Below, piece after piece: positions 47,407 through 55,536 of a stretch of 64,000 nucleotides of DNA. The DNA lies in IMG/VR virus record IMGVR_UViG_3300027586_000003, positions 41,002 to 105,001 of that record; one strand, written 5' to 3'. The translations under genes and the position numbers were made by a program. Origin of the DNA: a virus. The notes under the pieces are model-generated. The model was given only the letters and a program-made list of their open reading frames with translations, was not told the DNA's origin and made no database searches. Position 1 is the stretch's first letter. Each line of letters begins with the position of its first letter.

Positions 47407-50400
47407 TTAACAACTTGGCGTGTTTTCCGGCGTCTTTTTTCGCATGACATACCGCTTCGTTTCATCAAGGTTAGCCGTAGCCATCTTTATTGTTCCGTGA
47501 AACGTCTTGCCGACGAACATTTCAGCACCGATTTTAATGCACCCGTATTTAGCGGATGCCAGCCGAATCAGGTCACGCGGGTCGCCGCTGTCAACCAGCT
47601 TCATTAACTCTGTGTAAGCCTCTTCCGAAATCTTGGTTCCGGGGAGTGGAACATTGTCCGTCTTGTGGTTGTAAATTGAGTTTTTGTTAATCAGCGCATT
47701 GCGTTTTTGCGACGCTTCATCTTTGGTGATTACGTTGTTTTTTTCATCGGTATCAATCTTGGCGATTTTAACAGCCGTGTCAGGCTTTGTGTGCCGACCG
47801 TCGCTCGCTAAGTTTGCGCCCTGCGTCTTCAGCCGCGCAAGCGTTGATCGGGCAATGGTGCGGTAGTTTTCCGCGCTGCCGTCTGATTCATCCGGCACGA
47901 ATCCATGTTTAAGCCATACGTATCCGCCGTGCGAAAGCGCAGCAAAAACTTTTATTTCTTTCACCCCAGCCCGCTCGTATGCGCCAATGCTCTGCTTGAA
48001 CAGTCGTTGTGAAATCCCCTCTCCTTTGTTGTCTCCCGCATTAAAATAGCCATGATAAACAGATAGCCCATTTGCGCCCATGCTGAAGCTGCGCGTAATA
48101 GCGGAAGGCATTCCCGGATGAATGAATGAAACTTCAAGCCCGCCACCGGAATCAGCGACGGCCTTCACTTGCCATTTCGCTGTGACGCTGCCAATTTTTT
48201 CAGGCAAATCACTCACCATTGACAGCACCGTGTCCTTTATTTTTGCCGCAACCTCTGTTTGTGGCACTCCAAACGTCGCCGCAACCACTCTGGCGTGTCT
48301 GATTAACGATGCGTCTTCAACATACGTTGCGTTGTGACCGGCTGCGCTGTTCGGCACAAAGTCAGACGGCTGAAAAATTACCGTCCCGTCACTTCTAGTT
48401 AAAGTTGCGCTCGCTTTGCCAACCCTCGCAAGAGTCTCCTCCTTTTCTAAGCGGCTGATTTCTTGAACCCGGCGTTCAGCCGAAAGTCTTGCAGCTTCAC
48501 GGGCTGGAGCAACCTCACTGGTTCTAGCCAGTAAGGCGGCACGATGCGCTTCGTTAGCGCGTTCTAAATCTGCGGCTGCGGTGCGTGTATTTGATTCAGC
48601 TTGAGCAATCGCTGGCGCGTGACTAGCAAAAGCCTGCCGCTCTGCCGCAGCGGCAGCGTTCCGCTCGGTTTCGGAACGGCTTTCAACGGCTTGCCGCTCG
48701 GAATCAATCCGGTTAATATCAGCCTGCTCTTCTGCGCTCAAGCTCCTTCCCGGTGGAATCACAACTGGATACACTGGATTCAACCGCGCCTGCATCGCCT
48801 CATCACGCACACGCTCCCTCTCAACGCGAGCTACCTCACGCGCCCTCGCTTCGGGGGTTAATGCAGCCTCACGCGCCTGCTGTTCCATGTGTGCAACGAC
48901 ATTGGTGTGCCACGTCCGGTGCTGTGAAAGCGGCTCACCACCGCCAGCCCCAGCGGCCCGAACAGCATCTAAGTTGCCCGTGGCAATTGCGGTGTTCACG
49001 CGGTCAACAAAAGCGCGAGTGTGGGGGTAGTCGTCAGACCTGCCAGCGCGGTCGCTTGGAATCTCTGGCGCGGCGGGTATCGAGTTCTGCGCAAGTTGTG
49101 CGGGTGCAGCGGGTGCAGCGGGTGCAGCAGCCTGTCCTGCTTGCGCTGCTTGTGAAAAACCATACTGACCAACGTGGTCAATGAGCCGCTGGTGATACTC
49201 ACGTAGTATCGCATATTGACCGCGACTTGCATCCGAACCCGCCATCCTCAGATAGCGGATTGAGTCTGGATTGCGGCTGGCAACAGCAGAGCGGATACGA
49301 CTCAAATATCTCTGTCCCTCAACGTGATTCGGGTTGGTGTGTGGCTCACGCGGCAGCGGGGGCGCAACCACGGGGCTTGCTGCCGCTACGGGGCTTGCTG
49401 CCGCCACGGCTGCGGCTGCGGCTGCGGCTACGGGTGCGGCTACGGGTGTTGGGGCGGCGACCGGGACAGCGGCCTGCGCGGGAGTTCCGTTCTGCTCCAT
49501 GTGCCGAATCACGGCGGCTTGCCAGTCACGGGCGTTCTGATTGATTGGAGGGCTTGGAGAAATCGCCCTAACCGCAGCCAAGTTGCCAGTTCCAGCCGCC
49601 TCCCGAACCGCCAACACATAAGCGTGCGACAGCGGAGCGTTCGCCGGGTCGGAGAACGGCTGAACCGGAAGCGCGGCAATGAGTCCAGCGCGAACAGGGT
49701 CGGCCTGTGCGCCGCTGTTAATCGCCATCACCGCAGCTAAATCGTTTGCGGCGGCAGCGTCATTGGCTCGCAGATAGTCAACAACCGACTGACGCCACGC
49801 ACGAACGTCCGCGTTCACTGAGGGTTCCAACTCCAAATCGGAAATCGCGTTGTAATTTCCAGCCCGCGCTAGTGGCAGAATTGTTGCGACCGCAGCCGTG
49901 CTGTCTGGAAATCTGCGCTGTATGTCCTGCAAACTGTATCTCTGTGGAGCCTCTGGCATCACTGACTGCGCCACGGGGGCCGCAGCGGGCGCGGAAACCG
50001 GAGCGGGTTGCCTTGCCTCCGGCTGCGCTGCCGCCTGAACCGCTGCCGCCACCCGTGCATCAGCCTCACTAGCGGCGCGTCTGGTGATTTCAATGGCCTG
50101 TTGAACGGCCTCCGCTCGTGCGGCATTCTCCCGCCCCATCGTCGCCGCCATCGCCGCGTCCAGAGTCGGTGAAGCGGAGACAGCGGGAACATCATCCACA
50201 GTCGCTCGACGCCACCACCGCCCCGCCTGAAGTGTTGCCGCCTGCCTCGCCGCTTCAGCAGCCCGGTCAGTTTCAAGCTGCGCCGCCCGCGCATCAATCT
50301 CGGCGTGCCGCCGCGCAATAGCCGAAGTGTCCTCCGCCGGTTGTGCGGGTGCCGCAACCGGCTCTGGCCGCTGAATCGCCGGACGCTGCGCTTGACCGGA

Positions 50401-50700
50401 TTCTCGTGCGTGCAGGTTCGCTTCCCGACGGTCGGCTGCCCTCCTGAGAGTTTGGTAAGCGGCGGCTGGAATCTGGCTCCTTTCCTGTGGCAATCCTTGC
50501 GTCCGCTTCATTTCACGCTGAATCTCCAATACCCTCGCCTGACGCTCTGGCGTCCGCCGTGAACCCGCCCGCTGTGCGTCACCGGCCCCGACGTGGCATT
50601 CAAGCCCCCCGGCGATGAAGCCGTCGCCGCAAGGCTGCCCCGTGTTCGCCAGTAGGCGGGCGTCATTTACGATAACTGTGTAGGCAGCAGTGGCGGTCAC
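47407..50700 (-). CDS. Tagged 1097-aa protein with C-terminal GNAT-like acetyltransferase domain
   Basis: N-terminal LANTGQPCGDGFIAGGLECHVG; VYHGYF....KGEGISQRLF...Y...GVKEIKVFA...GGYVWLKHGF (GNAT acetyl-CoA motif and C-terminal W..xGF). Confidence 0.78.
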   Translation of the reverse strand: MTATAAYTVIVNDARLLANTGQPCGDGFIAGGLECHVGAGDAQRAGSRRTPERQARVLEIQREMKRTQGLPQERSQIPAAAYQTLRRAADRREANLHARESGQAQRPAIQRPEPVAAPAQPAEDTSAIARRHAEIDARAAQLETDRAAEAARQAATLQAGRWWRRATVDDVPAVSASPTLDAAMAATMGRENAARAEAVQQAIEITRRAASEADARVAAAVQAAAQPEARQPAPVSAPAAAPVAQSVMPEAPQRYSLQDIQRRFPDSTAAVATILPLARAGNYNAISDLELEPSVNADVRAWRQSVVDYLRANDAAAANDLAAVMAINSGAQADPVRAGLIAALPVQPFSDPANAPLSHAYVLAVREAAGTGNLAAVRAISPSPPINQNARDWQAAVIRHMEQNGTPAQAAVPVAAPTPVAAPVAAAAAAAVAAASPVAAASPVVAPPLPREPHTNPNHVEGQRYLSRIRSAVASRNPDSIRYLRMAGSDASRGQYAILREYHQRLIDHVGQYGFSQAAQAGQAAAPAAPAAPAQLAQNSIPAAPEIPSDRAGRSDDYPHTRAFVDRVNTAIATGNLDAVRAAGAGGGEPLSQHRTWHTNVVAHMEQQAREAALTPEARAREVARVERERVRDEAMQARLNPVYPVVIPPGRSLSAEEQADINRIDSERQAVESRSETERNAAAAAERQAFASHAPAIAQAESNTRTAAADLERANEAHRAALLARTSEVAPAREAARLSAERRVQEISRLEKEETLARVGKASATLTRSDGTVIFQPSDFVPNSAAGHNATYVEDASLIRHARVVAATFGVPQTEVAAKIKDTVLSMVSDLPEKIGSVTAKWQVKAVADSGGGLEVSFIHPGMPSAITRSFSMGANGLSVYHGYFNAGDNKGEGISQRLFKQSIGAYERAGVKEIKVFAALSHGGYVWLKHGFVPDESDGSAENYRTIARSTLARLKTQGANLASDGRHTKPDTAVKIAKIDTDEKNNVITKDEASQKRNALINKNSIYNHKTDNVPLPGTKISEEAYTELMKLVDSGDPRDLIRLASAKYGCIKIGAEMFVGKTFHGTIKMATANLDETKRYVMRKKTPENTPSC

Positions 50701-50740
50701 TGGCTTCGTTTAGTGAATCGTGGGGCGATTGCAAGCAGCT

Positions 50741-51115
50741 TCATCGGGCACTGTTAATCTCCGTCATCGGGCACACGTCGTTTCGATTCGTGATTACCCT
50801 GTCGCCGCTGACCGTGTTTCTGGCGACCTGAGTTCCATACTCGCACTGAACCGGCGGAACCGTCTTCACCCACCCAACGGGCAGATTGAACGTGTAGTCG
50901 AACTGCCGGAAGCTTTCGATGGTTTCCCTGTTGCTCCTACGTGCGACCGGGTTGCCAAGTAGAATCGTCATCTTCACGCTGGCGTTTGGCACTGTGATGA
51001 ACACGCCGCTTGGCCGATACCCGCCTCTGGCACGCTCCTGCTGCTGCATCGCTTGAACGAAACCGGCACGCCGGGAAGTGCGGGGTTGCCGGACTCGGTA
51101 AATGAAACCGCTCAC
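50741..51115 (-). CDS. Hypothetical protein
   Basis: GTGA overlap with the HDAC stop. Confidence 0.5.
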   Translation of the reverse strand: MSGFIYRVRQPRTSRRAGFVQAMQQQERARGGYRPSGVFITVPNASVKMTILLGNPVARRSNRETIESFRQFDYTFNLPVGWVKTVPPVQCEYGTQVARNTVSGDRVITNRNDVCPMTEINSAR

Positions 51116-51990
51116 TTGCCACCCCACACTTCCGCCGCCGCCTTGAACGTGCCGACGTGCAACGCCACCACCTTGTCCAAGGTGGAGTAACCACCAGCAA
51201 GATTGAACAGAACCGGGATGCCCGCCGCCTTGAAGTGGCGGAACACCGTCAGGTCACGCTCGTAAATCTGCTCTGTCGTGAGGTTGGCACCACCAAGCGG
51301 GTCATCGCAGTGTGCGTCCATCCCAGCCTGATAAAGAACGATGCCCGGCTTGAAGACCGCCGCTGCCTTGAACGCCCGCCCAAGTGCCTCGGCATACGGC
51401 TTGAAGTCACCCGTCAGCATCACATGGTCAACCACGCTGCGACTGTGCGACTCCGCACCAAACATCGAACCGCAGACCGAGTAGTTGAACAGATTTGGAA
51501 GCGACTTAGCGAACTCCGCCGTGCCATCGCCGCCATGATTATCGCAATCCAACACGAACACCCGGCGACCGGGGGTTTCCTTAGCGACAAGAGCCAACCC
51601 GTTGAACGTGCAGAACCCGCCGCCGTGATTCGGTTGGCTGTGATGAAATCCTTGGCTCACACACGCCGCAATGCCGTGCGCAATCGCCAGCCGTGCGCCT
51701 GAGAGCATCCCGGCATTCATCGCTAACACGCCGTCACGAATCTGCGGACTCCAAGTGAATCCGTTGGAACTCGCCAGTCGGCCCTCTCCACTCACGAACG
51801 CAGCAACGTAATCCGGGTCGTGAAGCGCATTTAAGCGGGTCACGATTCCCAGCAAGTGCGCCAAGTCCGGCTCCTGCAACTGTGCGTAGCCGAGCTTCGC
51901 CGCTGCCGCCGCCACCGGGGCCAGCTTACGCATGGACGGGGTCGGCGTGTTGGCCGCAAACTTCGGGCTGAATACCGTTTGGATTTTCAC
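51112..51990 (-). CDS. Histone deacetylase / AcuC-family Zn-dependent deacetylase
   Basis: GFHHS, GGGFCTFNG, LDCDNHGGDGT, YQAGMDAHCDDPLG and AGGY motifs. Confidence 0.93.
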   Translation of the reverse strand: MKIQTVFSPKFAANTPTPSMRKLAPVAAAAAKLGYAQLQEPDLAHLLGIVTRLNALHDPDYVAAFVSGEGRLASSNGFTWSPQIRDGVLAMNAGMLSGARLAIAHGIAACVSQGFHHSQPNHGGGFCTFNGLALVAKETPGRRVFVLDCDNHGGDGTAEFAKSLPNLFNYSVCGSMFGAESHSRSVVDHVMLTGDFKPYAEALGRAFKAAAVFKPGIVLYQAGMDAHCDDPLGGANLTTEQIYERDLTVFRHFKAAGIPVLFNLAGGYSTLDKVVALHVGTFKAAAEVWGGK

Positions 51991-52172
51991 TGTGTCACAA
52001 TCCTTTTCCCCGCAACGTGCGGAATTCCACGGCGCACCAACTCTGCCGCCACAAGCGGCTCATTCTCGTGAACGCCGCCGTTGAGAGTCCGGCGAAGGAA
52101 CTGCATCACGTTCCAAGTGGCGACAACCTCACGGCTTGTCATTTCACTTAATTCAGAATTCAGTTTTAACAT
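51987..52172 (-). CDS. Small hypothetical protein (leaderless)
   Basis: ATG 6 nt after -10; coupled to HDAC. Confidence 0.55.
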   Translation of the reverse strand: MLKLNSELSEMTSREVVATWNVMQFLRRTLNGGVHENEPLVAAELVRRGIPHVAGKRIVTQ

Positions 52173-52178
52173 GGCGTG

Positions 52179-52207
52179 ACTCTCGCACTTCGACCGGCTT
52201 CTGTCAA
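52179..52207 (-). promoter_or_regulatory. sigma70-like promoter, leaderless (drives small ORF + HDAC)
   Basis: TTGACA-N17(TGC)-GAGAGT-N6-ATG. Confidence 0.6.
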
Positions 52208-52218
52208 GTGTATTGTTT

Positions 52219-52413
52219 TCAATCGCCCCAATCTTTTCGGTCTTCCTCGCCGTCGTAGGCCGCACGATACTCCGCAATCTCGGCGGGCGTCATCTTGTCC
52301 TCTTCAACCCGCTGACTGTCAGCGGTGATATAGTGCGGGCATGGCAAGCGGTTATACCAAGCATCCGCTGAACCTCTGTCGGCGGGGCAGCCGTGGCGTG
52401 GCCGACCGCTCAT
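52219..52413 (-). CDS. Small phage protein (HG.P.DRGSAD..Y.R...PHY family)
   Basis: Recognisable motif of a common phage hypothetical family. Confidence 0.7.
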   Translation of the reverse strand: MSGRPRHGCPADRGSADAWYNRLPCPHYITADSQRVEEDKMTPAEIAEYRAAYDGEEDRKDWGD

Positions 52414-52640
52414 GCGAACCTCCGGGGCGTGACCGCCGCCATCATGGACTGATGCTGCCGATGGTCGAAGGCCAGCGGGCCAGCCGGATAGTGTTCACGG
52501 CAGAACTCGTCCACGGGGTCGGCGGGCTGGCGGGCCGGGTCGTAGAAGCGCAGCACCGAATGAAGGGCGTGCTTTGCGGACTTGCCGCACTTGCAACAGG
52601 AATTCCACTCCGTCGGTGAACCATCAATCTCGTAATACAT
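52410..52640 (-). CDS. Small Zn-binding protein (leaderless)
   Basis: CCKCG...FCREH. Confidence 0.55.
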   Translation of the reverse strand: MYYEIDGSPTEWNSCCKCGKSAKHALHSVLRFYDPARQPADPVDEFCREHYPAGPLAFDHRQHQSMMAAVTPRRFA

Positions 52641-52646
52641 GGTGCG

Positions 52647-52674
52647 ACCTTACACCATGCGTGCAGCCTGTCAA
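52647..52674 (-). promoter_or_regulatory. sigma70-like promoter, leaderless
   Basis: TTGACA-N16-TAAGGT-N6-ATG. Confidence 0.6.
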
Positions 52675-52687
52675 GTGTATTTGTTTG

Positions 52688-53173
52688 TCAATCTTTGAAC
52701 TTGTAGGAACAGGAAGGGCAGACGTGATGCTTGGCCTCTTTCGGCTCTGCTTCAGCGTCGTCAGCGGGCGGGTCATCAAATCCAAGGCCAAGCTCAACAT
52801 CGCTGAACCCCCACGCTTTCAGGTCGTCCAGTTCAAAATTGTTGGCGAGCACGTCGTAGTTCCACTCGCCCGTGTTTTTGTTGAGCCGAACCACAAGCTC
52901 TTTGAACTCCGCTGCGGTCAGTGGACGGCTCGGCACCCGCACGTCAATCACAGTGTCCGCCATCCCAAGCTCAATCATCACCCGCACCCGCTGGTGTCCG
53001 CCGATGAGCCGGTTGTCGGGGTTGACGATGGGAACGTCAGCCAGCCCGAACTTCTGCAACGACTCGGTGAGCAGCCGGTGCTGGTCGGCGGTCAACTGGC
53101 GCGGGTTGTATTCGTAGGGCGTCAGGTCGCGCACCTTGCGCTTCTCCGTTGTCCACGTAATCGGTTCACTCAT
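52688..53173 (-). CDS. ParB N-terminal domain protein with C-terminal Zn ribbon
   Basis: LTPYEYNPR...SLQKFG...IGGHQR...LNKNTGEW; CPSC; start MSEPITW. Confidence 0.85.
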   Translation of the reverse strand: MSEPITWTTEKRKVRDLTPYEYNPRQLTADQHRLLTESLQKFGLADVPIVNPDNRLIGGHQRVRVMIELGMADTVIDVRVPSRPLTAAEFKELVVRLNKNTGEWNYDVLANNFELDDLKAWGFSDVELGLGFDDPPADDAEAEPKEAKHHVCPSCSYKFKD

Positions 53174-53180
53174 AATCTGG

Positions 53181-53354
53181 TCACTTGGCCTTGGCGTGAC
53201 GTTCCTTGGGCACCACCACTGCCAGACCTTCCACCAACTCAGCCCCTTCGCTTGTCGCAATGATGGTGACGTGCGGATGGTAGCTGCGCAGGAGCGCGAG
53301 CAACGGCTTCGTGGCCTTGGCGAGTTCCTTGATTTGCTTTTGGTTCAGTATCAT
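53181..53354 (-). CDS. 57-aa phage protein
   Basis: MILNQKQIKELAKATKPLLALLRSYHPHVTIIATSEGAELVEG...; leaderless promoter upstream; below the track cutoff. Confidence 0.65.
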   Translation of the reverse strand: MILNQKQIKELAKATKPLLALLRSYHPHVTIIATSEGAELVEGLAVVVPKERHAKAK

Positions 53355-53359
53355 AGGAC

Positions 53360-53388
53360 ACTTTTGATTTTAGAAGCGAGCCAGTCAA
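53360..53388 (-). promoter_or_regulatory. sigma70-like promoter, leaderless
   Basis: TTGACT-N17-AAAAGT-N5-ATG. Confidence 0.5.
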
Positions 53389-53418
53389 GTGTTTTCTTTG
53401 AAGCGGTGCGTGGTCAAA

Positions 53419-53460
53419 TGGTTGGCCCGGTCGGGTTCTTACCGACAACCTTACGGGCCG
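53419..53460 (-). ncRNA. tRNA-like minihelix (acceptor stem + T arm, ending ACCA)
   Basis: C-GGCCCG-TAAGGTT-GTCGG-TAAGAAC-CCGAC-CGGGCC-A-A-CCA. Confidence 0.5.
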
Positions 53461-53600
53461 AAAGTTTCCGCGCCGTTCCACAACAGGTGGAGTCCGCTAC
53501 TGGATTAGTTGCATTTCAATGGTGAAGCGAACGCGGCGCGAAAAGTGGTTGGCAACCGGAGCGGAACTAAGCGTCGTTACTGCCCAAGGTTAGGCAGCAA

Positions 53601-53939
53601 TCACGCCAGCTTCATTTCCATCACGTCAAGTGCGGCGGACTGAATGACCGCCCGCAACATGGGCTTCAGCTTCTTGCGGCCCTTCAGGATGCTGATGAAA
53701 TTCATCGCGGCTTCGTAGGCTCCGCACTTACGCTGCTTCATGTCCTTCACAATGAGGCTCCGCCACGTTCCAACGCGGGTGTGATACCGCTCACCCCAAG
53801 CCGTCTTGAGTTGGCGACGCTCCGCCTCCATGCGGTGTGCGTGCTTTCGTATTAAGATGTTAGGCCCAGCCTGAACCGGCGTGATAATACGAGACGAGGC
53901 GCGGGTAAGAATGCGGTTTTCAGGCTCTAAGTTCTGCAT
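53601..53939 (-). CDS. Hypothetical basic protein
   Basis: 112 aa with A/C-rich leader. Confidence 0.6.
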   Translation of the reverse strand: MQNLEPENRILTRASSRIITPVQAGPNILIRKHAHRMEAERRQLKTAWGERYHTRVGTWRSLIVKDMKQRKCGAYEAAMNFISILKGRKKLKPMLRAVIQSAALDVMEMKLA

Positions 53940-54041
53940 AGCTTATTTGGTTTGGTTATTGAGGGGTGTGTAAATTGAGTCTGACCGTGGAGCCTCACCG
54001 CGCATCGGAGGCGTTCAACAGCCCAGTTGTCAGACTTGAAA

Positions 54042-54167
54042 TTACTTTTTCACCGCGTCAATAACGCTGCCCACTTTTTCAACGATGCTTTTGTTGCGGC
54101 GGCTGAACAAAAGGCATCCAACAAAACCCACAGCCGCTCCAGCAACGAACGTAAACACGTATGACAT
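54042..54167 (-). CDS. 41-aa single-pass membrane peptide
   Basis: MSYVFTFVAGAAVGFVGCLLFSRRNKSIVEKVGSVIDAVKK; hydrophobic N-terminus then basic residues. Confidence 0.55.
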   Translation of the reverse strand: MSYVFTFVAGAAVGFVGCLLFSRRNKSIVEKVGSVIDAVKK

Positions 54168-54217
54168 AGGATGGATTGATACTCGACGCGGTTCAACTCA
54201 GTCAACCGCAAAAGGAA

Positions 54218-54616
54218 TGGACACGGTGGGAGTCGAACCCACGTCCTACAAATGTTCAAACGTCACATCCACACGCTTCCCTTGACTGCCCGCCGTCGCA
54301 GCCCGCCAAGGATGGCTGTAGCGACGTTTTTGTGGGCTTGGATACGTCAGAGTGCCGCCCTTGCACCCCGCTCCGTCCTGCTATCTTCAGCGCATCGCCT
54401 TAGCAGGCGTCCAGCGTGCGCTGTCGGGGCTGATTAAGCCGCGAGAGCTTCCTCGACGAAGCCGAACCGTGCGAGAATCGCATCGGCCTCGGCCAGTGAG
54501 GGAGCCATGTCTAGTGCGTTAGCATTTGACTGGTGATTGGAGATTTAACGAGGCCAACAATCATCCTCGGCGTGTCGCGCCGTCCTAGTTTTCGTAGTCA
54601 AAACCATGACGTGCCC
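54218..54616 (-). ncRNA. ssrA: tmRNA (SsrA)
   Basis: 5' GGGCACG-TCATGGTTTTGAC; 3' GTGGG-TTCGACT-CCCAC-CGTGTCC-A with G3.U pair; internal tag frame 54523-54434 ANALDMAPSLAEADAILARFGFVEEALAA*. Confidence 0.93.
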
Positions 54617-54619
54617 GTA

Positions 54620-55458
54620 AAAAGTTGAAGCCTTCTGATTGGTGGTCATCCAGCTTCAGGGGACGCAGCGGTTTCCCGTGCGCTTCCACCACTCGCCGGG
54701 TGACTGGCAAGACGGTTCACAACGCTTGAAAGCGTTTACTTCGCCATTAAATCGTTGTCGCCCGCACCTTCAAGCAGCCTGCAACGGCTGGTTGCCACGG
54801 TGACGACACTTAGCCGCTTCTTAGCCGTTGACCGAAGTCGGTTGCACGACTGCGGGCGGCGTCTGCGGCTACGTTGTGGACTCAGTTGCAGGTTACAAGT
54901 GCCTGCGGCTTGCCTCCGTTAGCGGGAGGCCGCTCTGAATCCGAAAAGTATACAAGTTGAGGAATTTTACCCCGCTTTTTTAGAGTCACACTACTTGTCC
55001 AGTTGCGTGACAACCCTCTCTCACCGGATACGTTTTCCAGCGATTGAAATTTTGGTGATGTGTCTGTCATTTCGCCTACACCCAGCCTTATCACGTCGTT
55101 TTCGTAACCGCCTTTCGACGGCCTTTCGTTCAACGTGGACTCCGCAAGACACTGTTGCGTCGGATTACTCCGAAGTAGCGGCGATACAACCCCGATGGCA
55201 TTTGTTTGCGCCACTACTTAAATTGACCGTGTCGGAAAGCGGATGCCTCCTGACACGGTTTTGCTTCAAAGAATTTGCACCTGTGCGCTGTCGCTCTGCT
55301 GTATGTAGAACTTCGCATCACAAGCTGGCCGCTTCTTGAACGGCAGTTTGGTAACGCAGTCTTGCAGTCGTCCGTGTCTCAGCTTCACCGTTGGTGAGCT
55401 TTGCCGGGTCGCCGCTCTGCGGAGTTTTCTGGGTTCATCTCAAACCGCTCGCAACTGT
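54620..55458 (-). ncRNA. Candidate large structured ncRNA or ncRNA array
   Basis: ~840 nt without a convincing ORF, dense hairpins with GAAA/GCAA/UUCG loops on the minus strand, between a promoter and the tmRNA. Confidence 0.55.
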
Positions 55459-55462
55459 CACC

Positions 55463-55490
55463 AGATTACTACCGATTTTTCTTCCGTCAA
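55463..55490 (-). promoter_or_regulatory. sigma70-like promoter for the ncRNA region
   Basis: TTGACG-N16-TAATCT with an A-rich upstream tract. Confidence 0.55.
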
Positions 55491-55536
55491 GTGGTTTTGA
55501 AATCTTTTTTTGCTTTGCGTCAACCGCACAATTCTA

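Noticed and set aside
54218-54250. Standalone tRNA or prophage att site
   Set aside because: The T-arm belongs to the tmRNA; phage genes continue on both sides and no integrase or duplicated 3' end is seen.
54882-55339. 110-aa and 114-aa ORFs in the RNA region
   Set aside because: No protein-like features or coupling; they overlap dense hairpins, so a non-coding interpretation is preferred, though not proven.
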